Below are positions 1 to 10,609 of a stretch of DNA of 64,000 bases, in pieces; the stretch's first letter is position 1; every line of letters starts with the position of its first letter. The stretch lies in NCBI GenBank assembly GCA_004764695.1, contig SMSO01000037.1, forward strand, positions 3,944,747 through 4,008,746, given 5' to 3'. The translations under genes and the position numbers were made by a program. The notes beneath the pieces were generated by a model. It saw only the letters and a list, made by a program, of their open reading frames with translations, did no database searches and was not told where the DNA came from. The stretch comes from Schizochytrium sp. TIO01. Taxonomy: Eukaryota; Protista; Bigyra: Labyrinthulomycetes.

Positions 1-99
1 TATAAATATTTCTTTTAAATCACTCTTGTCCTATATATTAACCATATATAACATTGCTATAATTCGTGCGTGTTTGTCTGCTTTAACCTTTCGCACTCC

Positions 100-2155
100 T
101 TCCTTCTTGCCAATTCTCCTCTGAAAACTCTCTCGCTGTGTCAGTCCTTGTGTATGCTCTTTGCCTGTATTATGTGTATTTAAGTGCTATCTGTCGGCGG
201 TCTGTTTGCCTGTCCTTTGTCTGTCTATCTGTATCGACCAATTGTCGTCGTCGCTCTCTCCTCTCTCTCTTCTCTCTCTCCCTTTCTCTTCTTCTGATGA
301 TTGCTTCCTTCTCTCACAATCAGGCAGTCAGTCGCACACTCTTTTTGAGTTGTCTCGGTCACTCACTCTTTCACTCTTTCGCTCAGTCACTACCATTGGT
401 ATTTATTTATTCATTCTTCCACCATTTCAAACCATTCTTCTTTCCCCACTTCGTCGTCCCTTACCAGTTCATTGTACGAGTATGGAAAGGGGAGAAACAT
501 TACCATCGGTGTTTCATCATCGTTTGTTGCTTCCACCTTGCTTTAATTAAAATTAATCAATAATTGATTAATTATTAATGAATATTAATAATCGAATTCA
601 GAAAACCAAGTTTTAAAAATAAATAATAATAATAATTACAGAGGATTTCTTTTCTGAAACCATGAAAGAGAAAAACAATTTGTTTCATTTTTGTGAGTAG
701 CGCCCTCTCCTCGAACAGGTTAGTGAGAGCGAGAGATAGAAAATGGAAAGAGCTCTGAAGATGGAAACCAAGCAGCATCATATAAAGCGTTAGTGGAAGG
801 GGGCGAGAGGAGAAAAGATGCCTTGGGTGGTGGCCGTCGTGCTTTCAGTTTCCTTTAGGCTCAACTACGAGTGAACTTACGCTTCGATGTTCGAAAATAA
901 CTATTTTCAAAGTGTTGTTAAGTTTTAAAATCATGCTTCAGGCGAATATATGTTGGGAATAAAATAAATAATATTTAGCTATGAGATAGAAGAAAGAGAG
1001 AAGGAAGCCGAGTATGGAAGTTTAAAATCAAAAACAAAAAAACTCGAGCTAATAAAGTTTTCCAGGAAGCAAAATAACTTTAAATGGAAACAGGGTCACT
1101 CAGTAGGCAGAGCGTGGCGTAACACCCTTTTTTGGGAGCATTGGCTAAGGACGAAGAAAGAAGGAGCTCACGTGTATCACTGTTATTCGAAAACTCTTTT
1201 TTTCTTTTTGAAAGGAAAAAATAAAAAGAAAGTTTTGACCAGAAAGAGTAAATATTCGTACGAATCAGTTAGTGAGCCGATTGATCTTTTTTAAAATGTT
1301 CACAAAAAAAATTGGCTGATCGATCAAACAATCGTCACCAAACACCCATCGATTCATCGCATCCCGAGCGAGCAAGCCTCTCTCCGCCTGCCACGGCTGA
1401 GCAGCAAGCAGCGAGCCCTAGCTAGCTACCTAGCCGACAGCTGAAGCTTGCGGCCGGAGACAGGAGGCCTGGCAGACCCGCAACATCAGTCGAACAGGGC
1501 AAGCCTGTTTGCTAGAATACCTGCTGCTAGTTCTTTCAAACCGAGTTATCCTAGATAAAAAGAAAGAGAAGAGAGCATCCTTAAACACTGTAGAAAAGCA
1601 ACACAAGGGAGACGAAAGACGGAGGCGACTAAAAAATAAGAAGAGCAAACTTGAAATACCAAGCGGAGGCAAACAAAAGCAAAGGCTGCCGGCACACGAA
1701 GCTCGCAACCTTACCTACAACCACCCTTGGCGTGAAACCACTAGCGAGCTGGAGATAAGCTCTAGCGTGGGACGATTTATAGCAGCAGCAGCAGCAGCAG
1801 CAGACGTGCACGAGATCTGGTTTGGGCTGATCGTCACCCGTTCCTTCATTGATCGGGGCAGCCCCAGGAGAAAGAAGAGGACCGTGTACAGAAAAAATAG
1901 AGTGCACTACCCTTACCCACAAGCTACTTACTTAGGAAGAACAACGAAGAAGAAGGGATCAAGGAGTGATCGAAGCCGCAGCAACCTTGCATCTCTGATC
2001 TTGTTCGCATAGGCAGAGCCTTGCGGCGTAGCCCTGGTCATACAAATCATTGATCGTTTAGAAGCGTGATTTCATCTCTCCGGAAGTTATTCTTAGTTTT
2101 CAACGACAGACGATTAATTACTCCAGATTCAATTTCAAATAAAACCTGCGTCACA
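100..2155 (+). promoter_or_regulatory. Putative long 5' leader of paralogue A: CT-rich tract plus intron
   Basis: CT-rich block at ~230-470, GT donor candidates ~474-485, AT-rich interior, ctgat..catAG acceptor at 2012; same layout as upstream of paralogue B. Confidence 0.4.
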
Positions 2156-4369
2156 ATGCCAATGAAGGGTGAACAAGATTTGACCTTAGAGCTTCTGCTC
2201 GGCGAAGATGACCTCGGAGCAGACTGGGTGGTCCCTGCTGATGTAGACTTGGCGTCATTTGAGTCCTCTCTTGATGTTGATGCCATCTGGAGTGCGGGAC
2301 CGAAAGATCCCAACCTTGTTGCAGTTCCTGCAGCCAACAATTTCACAAATCATAATTCTAATCAAGCGGAGTTCACGAGAAATAGAACGACCCAAGTTCA
2401 GAAAAGGCCTTTGCCATCTCTCTCACTAAGCATTGTCCCCGAGACTGGACTAGGAGCACTTGAGGAGGACGAAGAGGAGGAGGCCGGCCTTTTCGAAACG
2501 CAGCAGCGCCTTCACGTGCCTCAACAGCATCAACACGCATCTGCTCCCTTCATTTTCCCTGAATCACAGTTTACACCTCTGCACGGAAAGAACAACCAAG
2601 GCGTTAATGATATGGTAATTGAAACCAAAGCTAGCGAAGAATTTATCAAACCTGTACATCATTTGCAAGAGGAGCCTGCCTCATTCCTCGCATCCACCAA
2701 AGCTCCACACGAAACTTTGGCTAACCCTTCTAGCCCTCCGCGTGCGTATTTTCACTCTACAAATAACGCAGCTTTGTACCACACTCAAGCGTATTCTCAG
2801 CATCAGCTCTCTAAGGAATCTACCTTTTCACAACATCCTGCACCAATTGCTGCTCATGAAAACCAGCCAAAGTTCGCTAACGGAGAATCCACTGCCGAAT
2901 TCCAACAACTGAACGCGAACCGAAGCTTTGCACCGCATAATGGTACCATGTGCCCGCCTATGTCACCAATCAATTCGCAGCTGATAGGCCCGCCGGTTCA
3001 ACAACAACATAATGCAAACTTTTCCCCAGGTATTGTTTGTCCTCCTCGGCCGATGTCGCCTCATGGGACCCCCCCGGGAACTGTTTATCCTAGGGGAAGT
3101 CGTCGCACCTCTGGGCATGGCTATTCACCCTATGGACTCACCAGCCCATTGCATGTTCGCACAGGTCCAACTGGAGATGACGTTGCAAGTGTGACAACCG
3201 AATGCCAATCCCCATCTTCGGTGATGTCGTTGGCAACTAATGGTGTTGCACCTGGTGGTCTTAGATGTGCACCATCCCCCGGCTTTCATGAGCAATCTGC
3301 CACTTTTCATAGTGGCATTCACATGTGGTCTCATGGAGCCAATAATGCAACAGCACAGCAATGGAATAGACATCCTCAGACTCTTAGCCGCTCTACTTCG
3401 TGGGGGTCGCTGTCAACAGTCCTACCTGTACGCCGATACAGACAGCAGGCAAATGGTTCATCCGGTGCCACACGTCGTGGTTCTCTAGGTATGCGCCACC
3501 AAGTAAGCGGAAATGTTACTTCTGTGCCGCGCCTTATCTCATACCCACGTGGTTGTGAAATTGACTTGAACCCTCGAGATTTTCGCGCACTCATGCGTGC
3601 TATGGGTGCCGAACTTCAAAGCGACGCAAGTGGCTCTCATCATCAAGTTAAGATGCTGCCCCGAGCTGGTCTTCCACCAAAGCTCATTGAATCAAGCATC
3701 TCCGTTATTCGGGACAAGCGCACTTATATGATGGCTATTGATGTAGCGTCTAAGCACCGTCGCGGTTTTGACATCTTTAATGAGATGGATATTCCTCAAC
3801 ATGGACCTGCCATGTGGTGTGATCAGGGCAACGCGCACTGTGTTTTAGACGCAGCAAAACCTCTTCGCGCAGCATCTGCTAGTGGCAAGCAAGTTAATCC
3901 CCGCACAATTCAAGTCGCACACGCTCTGGCAAACCGTGTCTCGAAGCTGCAGGATTCGGAAATTCCAGTAATCAAGGCCTTTTACTACTCTCTTTGTGCA
4001 CGTGTTGAGCCTAGACGCCCTCGATCGGAGTCTGACTCCGGAGCCCTTTCTTCATCAGCTGTAAAACTTGAACCTTCAGTGAACGATTCGGCCACGAGTA
4101 AGAAGAAGCGCCGTCGTTCTTCTGCTTGCGACTTCATCTCCTTGGGACTTCACAAGCATATATATGTATTATGCGATCAATCAGTGGAAAATCGGCACAA
4201 AGTGCTTGACGGATGCCATGTTTGGCTTGTGCGCTACTTTGTCAAAGGCGAACTCCATAGCTCTCTTCGACCGTACGTGCACATGGACCCATCGGAGACC
4301 ACACAACTCACATGGGCGCAACAACAAGGTAGCAATTTCCGCCTGCATCGAAGGCCGTACTCATCTTAA
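2156..4369 (+). CDS. Putative transcription factor, paralogue A (~737 aa): acidic and Q/P/S/H-rich N-terminus plus conserved C-terminal domain (~3563-4255)
   Basis: Long intronless ORF (track 2066-4369 uses a GTG start; first ATG is 2156 in context tcacaATG). The C-terminal domain aligns by eye with the ORFs at 37519 and 61580, with invariant WCDQGNAH, VNPRTIQVAHALA, LGLHKHIY and WLVRYFVKG. Basic NLS-like KKKRRR. The gene call is secure; TF function is inferred. Confidence 0.9.
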   Translation: MPMKGEQDLTLELLLGEDDLGADWVVPADVDLASFESSLDVDAIWSAGPKDPNLVAVPAANNFTNHNSNQAEFTRNRTTQVQKRPLPSLSLSIVPETGLGALEEDEEEEAGLFETQQRLHVPQQHQHASAPFIFPESQFTPLHGKNNQGVNDMVIETKASEEFIKPVHHLQEEPASFLASTKAPHETLANPSSPPRAYFHSTNNAALYHTQAYSQHQLSKESTFSQHPAPIAAHENQPKFANGESTAEFQQLNANRSFAPHNGTMCPPMSPINSQLIGPPVQQQHNANFSPGIVCPPRPMSPHGTPPGTVYPRGSRRTSGHGYSPYGLTSPLHVRTGPTGDDVASVTTECQSPSSVMSLATNGVAPGGLRCAPSPGFHEQSATFHSGIHMWSHGANNATAQQWNRHPQTLSRSTSWGSLSTVLPVRRYRQQANGSSGATRRGSLGMRHQVSGNVTSVPRLISYPRGCEIDLNPRDFRALMRAMGAELQSDASGSHHQVKMLPRAGLPPKLIESSISVIRDKRTYMMAIDVASKHRRGFDIFNEMDIPQHGPAMWCDQGNAHCVLDAAKPLRAASASGKQVNPRTIQVAHALANRVSKLQDSEIPVIKAFYYSLCARVEPRRPRSESDSGALSSSAVKLEPSVNDSATSKKKRRRSSACDFISLGLHKHIYVLCDQSVENRHKVLDGCHVWLVRYFVKGELHSSLRPYVHMDPSETTQLTWAQQQGSNFRLHRRPYSS

Positions 4370-5053
4370 GCAGACCCCATTTCTGCGGACGGTATACATA
4401 TGCTTTCCCTCCCTACCTTATAAAATAGTAGGCAAATGACACATACTCCATACCTGTGTAAATCAAGAAGACGGAACCTTCTCATATCTACTTGATCGTG
4501 CTTTTATCCCCTCTGTTATCTTCTGTATGTTTCGCTCTAGTGTATCTTAGATTGTAGATTGTCGTAATCTTTTAAGTACTCCATTATCTCATTTTACAAG
4601 ATTTGATGAATCAATCGGCGCGTTTCCTCTTTATCAACGGTCACATATTTCATTTCTTCCCTATAGTTTACAGTCCTTGGCAAATACCTTACTCCTTCAA
4701 GTTTAGTTGATCTTGTTGAGAAGTATTATTCACTTTACAAAGAATTGTGGTTTCTGCAATTTGTGCGAATTGAGTAACATGAACATTTACCTTTGGAAGA
4801 CCTTCTTTCATGATGGCACCTTGAGAAGTAAAATGAGAGAGTTGCAAAACATTGTGCAGACATATCATCGGTAAAATAAATCTTGTTTTCACTCGATGAA
4901 GAAAATGCGAAAAAGAAGAAGAAAATCACAATGAAGCACAGCCAGAATTTGTTGGCTACGAAGTCGAGACTCTGTACAACTCAACTGTATTTCTACCATG
5001 ACACCTGCCGTCTATTTCTTGATTCTGTTCAAAAATACTTTCCTTCGTGGCTC

Positions 5054-8000
5054 TGGTATCGTGAATAAACAAGTTGTACTATCCTTATGAATAAATTAAG
5101 TTTCGCAGATCCGTGTATAAAATGAATTATAATATACCGTCATCCAAATGCAGGTATGATTTGAATTGATTGATCGCGAAGACTGTCTTATGATTTTGGA
5201 TCATGGTCTCTCTGCCTGGACGTCTCAACAAGCCTGGGTTGTATTTTGACATGGTGTACAATTCTCATACTGCGGAAAGAACTTTAGCAATACGTTGCCT
5301 ACATCATCCCACAATTTATGAACACATATAGCCTTGCTGACGTGGTATAGATTGAATAATTGGAGTACCATTCATTCGGCCGAAGGAAGCTAACATAAAG
5401 AAATGTCAATGCGATTTATTTTTTATGACTAAAGACATGATGAAGAAAATGAGAAATTAGTGAACAACATGGAATGAATAGTCTATGGCCCTGGCGATGC
5501 AATTATGATTTTCAATATAACCCAACTCCATCATAATTTTCACAACGTTGTTGAAGCTCTCCATCTCAGATTCATTTCATATGCAAATTTGAAATAACAA
5601 ATTCATTAGATCATACATCGGTAGTTAGCTTCCCCGGAGCTCCACCTCTCGTTCATAATCCTATCTCATCAGGAAATATCTTACGTTATTTGGCATGAAG
5701 ACTGCACCTAATATACACATGAAAGGAACATGTGCACAACAGGATTGCAGGATGATTGACTGTAAATCCTCCAAATATTTAAGTTTTAGATAGGGTCATA
5801 GCAAGACGACAAGACGCATCTTAATGAAGCCAACTGACATAACAATTGGAGGAGCGTATTTCGAATACAATGTATGTCTATTTCAAAGCATCTTCATTCT
5901 ATTATAAGATAACTCACCTTAAAATTCATATTATTAATAAAATGATCGCTCATTTTAAAAGTCCACAATTCACAAAACCTTACTGAGTCTATATCAAGAC
6001 TTTAAGCATCTTGCTTGTATCTTACAGTCTAGCTTCTACCAGACTAAACGCAGCTTCTGGTAATATTTAGTTTGCAATACCTGTTTTGTTGGCCGCTATG
6101 TTTGGCATAGTTTCTTGTTTAATGCTAAGAAACAATCAGACTAATCAGACTACCATTTGTTGCACAAAATGTTGGCAAAAGGAGATGTAAGCATGAGTCA
6201 ACCAGATAGAAGGCTGGTGGGTCGTTAATTTGATCGGCCTAGTAACGGAAGATTATGTTTTTGTTAGTACAGATAGAGTGAGCTGAGTTGCGTATATGAT
6301 TAAAATTCCTCCTGGAATGCTGACAGCCAGAACTGATAAAACAATTAGAAAAAGAAGTAATCTAGCTTCTTCACATCCATCGTTAGAGACAGAGTGCGTA
6401 TGATCAAACTTGTGATCTATTCAGTTTTGAACTTAACAACGAGGTGAAGACACAATGTTTTTAGGCTCCAGGGGAACGATATGAAGTCTTAGGAAGGGTT
6501 TGCAGACTTTGGACTTTTAAGAGCAATATTTTCCAAACTTGGTCAATTATGTTATACTTAGGAGACCAAGGCATACTTGATCTGAACCACACACCTAAAC
6601 AAGTTGAGCAATTTTCTCCCTGGAGCATTGATTCAGATTTCAACTTAGCCTATTGAAACATTCATTCTTCTTTCCATTCTCATGCATAACGTTTCACCTT
6701 ATGCGAACTGGAGCTCTTAAGGATATGCAATGGCAAGATAATCACGCATTTGCATTAGTGCACTAAGGATTCTGCAATATCGTGGTGGCCAAGTCCTTCA
6801 AATAGAATCTGAATCGACCTTTGTTGACAGATAATATACTTGATTAAGTCAGAAGAGAAAAACGCTCATCAAGCCTGTCAAGTTGCCTCTGTTGCTCCCT
6901 AGGTTTCTCGCTATTGTCGGCCAATCTGTAGTTCACCATGTTCGACTTTTCCTACTTTGCATGGCCTTTCAAACTTATTCAAACAAGAAAATGAAGATGC
7001 GACCATGAACAACTGAATGTAGATATGTTTACTTTGATTGTTCAGATTATTCAAGATTGGATACTCTGTATGAGCCCATGGCATCAGATGAATTTCAATT
7101 CTGCAAGATTTGAGTACTCCGTACGTGGACATAGTTAGCTCTATAGAAGCTCTAATTTTTATGCGGGGGGGAGGATGCAACTGTGATTAAACGAAACTAT
7201 ACCCCCATTAGATCACGAGAATTTTGAAGTTGAATTCTTTGCGGATCTGGCATAAAGAATAGACTCGTTCATATATCTGAGAATTAAAAGCAATCTACTT
7301 GATCAAATGTACAAATAATACGTGACTATTAGAAAAGTCGGGACAAAACCTAGCATGTCAAGGTCCACTCCGTGTATTGTCACGCAGTTATTTAAAAAGA
7401 ATGAACGTTTAAAGCAATTTATAATAAGAACAGGTGGTTAAGGTTAAGATCCAGATTACATCCACGATGAGCTACATGTTCCAGGACACTGTGACAGATA
7501 GATCATTTTAAGATCTATGTGATTTATACAAAGTTCCTCACTTGTTACATAGAAACCACGTTTGAATAAGATTTGTTTTGGTGAAATCCCCACTCGCATA
7601 CAAGAGTCAGTAATTGTTGATGCCTATCCCCATGAAGCATTGACTGACGATTTGTTCAAGTGAGCCAGATGATACCTAAAAGAGGAATGTACATGCCTTG
7701 TTAAGCTTGGAGAGAACTTGAAGGGACGTCGTAAACTTCAACTTTGGGAGTAAGAATACTATTGGCCTAAGTAATGAATCATGATGTGAAGCGATCTATC
7801 ACATCTTAGAAGGCCAAATTAACCATAATAATTCATTAAGCAGAACAAACAAGATAAGGTAATTCTGTCTCCTCAACGAACAGTTGAAACTTATCCTCAT
7901 GAACTTTGATTGTAGATATCAGTGAATCTATAATTTGGTGCTCATCGGCTTCTCAACCACGTGCCTGGTCGTTTTGATGCTAGTCCTTAGCACACCTTCA

Positions 8001-9720
8001 TCCCTTAGCTCTTATGGTCATTGGTCATGGACACCTGGCGTTGCCTTGGTCCGATTGGTGATTTCACAATATGGATAAGATACTTGACACATGTCAACAG
8101 ATAAAGAAACAGAAAATAGCGTAGACAAATCACTTGCTACAATCCTCTACAGATAACCAGGGGTTGCTATATAACTGCACAAAAGCATCGCATGGATTCA
8201 TTTTAAGAATGATGGCAATTTGAAGGCACGCTTGTACAATAGCAAAGCCTTAAATACAATATGAAAAGCGCTGGTTTTGGAATAAGCAATGTCTTGCCAG
8301 AGTACCAGTCAATATTGGAGAATTTTACAGGTTAATAAAATAGAACCATTACAGCTTCTGCAACTGAAGAGACTTGATATGGAGCAAGAATGTTTCGCGA
8401 AGGATCAAGACATGAATAGAACGAGGCCTAGGCAAGCAGATAGTCACAAGAAAAGCGCAAGGCAGTCAACACTAGCGTTTAGATTTTCAACGAACTTAAA
8501 TAACCACAACCAAAATTGCGACCGAGGCGGCCAAGAAACTGACTTCCCTTACTTAAGTATAACTGCGAAGATCTCTAATCGAGGGAACTAGTAGACAAGA
8601 CATTGATAGAGTTCTTGGTGCCCCTTTGTAAAACTCTAACAGTTAGAGGGTTTACAATAGAGCAGGAGTAGACAGTCAGATTTATGTCGCTGCAAAGCCA
8701 ATCAACAAAAAATGTGACAACACACTACCTAGATTCAAGCATGGGGTAATTTGAAGTGATGGTTGAAGATGTTAAATTAACCTAACCCGTCACGCCTCTC
8801 TAATAGTGTTCAAGAATGATATCTCCTCCGCAGTTACTACATGAATCAGTCTGCTCTGGAATTCATTTCCAGGACAGCAGTTCGCTAACTCTTAAAATTA
8901 ACGTCCTTAAAGCCTTCATCAAGACTCTTGCCTTCGGTTTTAGAACCAAGCTCAAGCTGACCAGAATCATCTTTCAGCAATACGTGACTATCTTCATGTT
9001 TTATGAAGGTCAAGTGGCGGCCAATTCTAAAAGAAGAATCTGGATGTTTTTCTCAAGTCCTCTTTAAGCCTCCTAACATCTTCATTTTGAGCATCGGTCT
9101 CAGGATTCAGATCTTTGAATTCCTGTTCTCATCATGTTTCTTTCAGTCCCAAATGGTATCATGGTTGGCTCGTAGAAGTTAAGCAAGACTTTAAGTTCTT
9201 GCTCAAAGAACATATTGAATTGCAAGCAGCAGCGTGCATTTTTTTAAGATATATTGCAATTTAGCTGGACGAAATTTGTTGATGAAGTCCAGGCTTAGGG
9301 TTGAAGATGTTCTGCTCGAATTGATTTTTCGTATCTATAAAAACTTATAAATTCACATAGCCGTTATACTTCAATAGGAAACGAAAGCTACCGGGTCCAA
9401 GACAAGTGAGCTTTTATAGCTATGTTTCTACATTTGCTTAAGTTCATACTGCTGTTACATCACAAATCATTATATTGAGTAGCAGTTTGGTTAAATTTAG
9501 AAACCTCATCTTCTGTGCCCTATTGTCTAGCGCGGTAGAGAAATAAATTTAAAGTTATGGACTTCATATAGGAACTCATCATCCTAATTGCAAGGCTTGC
9601 TTCAACTTCTTCTGAATCTACGTATAATATCATCATGTGACACTTCTATCACAAAATATTGTACTAGTTCTCTTTTCCTTTTACTTCTCTCTCTTTAAAA
9701 TTAATGAAGTGGGAGTGATT
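5054..9720 (+). mobile_element. Highly decayed Ty1/copia-type LTR retrotransposon (gag-PR-INT-RT-RH remnants)
   Basis: Manual translation across stops and frameshifts gives motifs in copia order: CTKC knuckle-like (~6160), IWH..RLVHIS GAG-pre-integrase (~7245), RLLNHVP...ASP (~7950), GF..VDSQIYV (~8650-8690), YMNQSAL (~8840), KPSSRLLP (~8910), SKTSELL RNase H-like (~9400). PPT-like gaagtgggag followed by TG at 9706-9717; possible PBS tggtatc at 5054. Boundaries approximate; no paired LTRs seen. Confidence 0.7.
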
Positions 9721-10400
9721 TGCCAAATTAATAGTTTAAATCGATTTTGCTCGATCGATGCAACATTGAGTACTTGATACACTGTTTTTCAATTTTTTTA
9801 AATAGAATGAAAGTGACATATTAGTCAAAAGATATTTATTTATTCAACAATTTAACCTAGGAAACTTTCATTTATTGCATTTGAGATAGGAAATAGTAGT
9901 TGCGTGGGAAAATAGATTCTTAGAGGGAAAAAAAGAGACCTACATTTTGGCGATAAGGTGGAACTATTGTTTTGAACTTAATTTTTAGGGTTGCGGAGGT
10001 AAAATAAGATTTGATTAAAATAAAGAGAATGACCACAATTCTCGAGATGAAACTTCCATATTTGTTGCCACTATTCAGCGTTTAAAAGGGAGGTATATAG
10101 AGGAACCAAGCTAAAGCCAGCGAAAAGTTCTCTGGTGGAGTTCTCTACGAATGATCTCTCCATGAAATGAAGATACTTCACATGGCCAAAGCCATATCGG
10201 GAAGTTAGCGGTAAATTCCCAGAAACTACCGGGTGTAATTTAAATTGTGTAAGTTTGAAGAACTTCAATTCGATATTTAAAGTTTTGAAGCTACAATATT
10301 ATTCTGTAAGGCTCTTTAAAGAAATGCGTGGAAGGTTCTTCAGGATTGCTTTCAACGAAGCACCAAAACTCCGCAACCGATACGAGGTTGGCACATGTTA

Positions 10401-10609
10401 GTCCCCCCCCTCCCCTCCTTCTGCACGCTTAAACAAAACCAAATGAAAAACTCAAATGAAAATATTGCCTACATCGTTTGAATTAAAAGGGGCTTAGTTT
10501 CTTACCTCGTCTATGCTTAATGAGTGTGAATTAACGTTGATAGCAGTAATAAGGTGTAGTACAGCACGATTTTATGCTTAAAAGTATTACCTACCAAAGG
10601 GGGAGGGAC
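10401..10609. mobile_element. Possible MITE (TA-flanked, short imperfect TIRs)
   Basis: TA-GTCCCCCCCC ... GGGGGAGGGAC-TA; ~210 bp with an AT-rich interior. The TIR is low-complexity, so support is weak. Confidence 0.3.

Noticed and set aside
138-563. 141-aa and 129-aa ORFs (also 35361-35882 and 35452-35796)
   Set aside because: Products of CT-rich low-complexity DNA, mostly non-ATG starts, L/S/F- or R/K-biased translations.
551-573. aattaatcaa-taa-ttgattaatt inverted repeat
   Set aside because: Nearly all A/T within an AT-rich block; likely chance.
1509-2012. 167-aa ORF upstream of paralogue A
   Set aside because: TTG start, purine-rich bias and (GCA)n repeat; probably leader or intron sequence.
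2066-2155. GTG-initiated extension of paralogue A (and TTG extension 63491-63556 of C)
   Set aside because: Eukaryotic context; the first ATGs share acaATG, and the C extension overlaps a likely splice acceptor.
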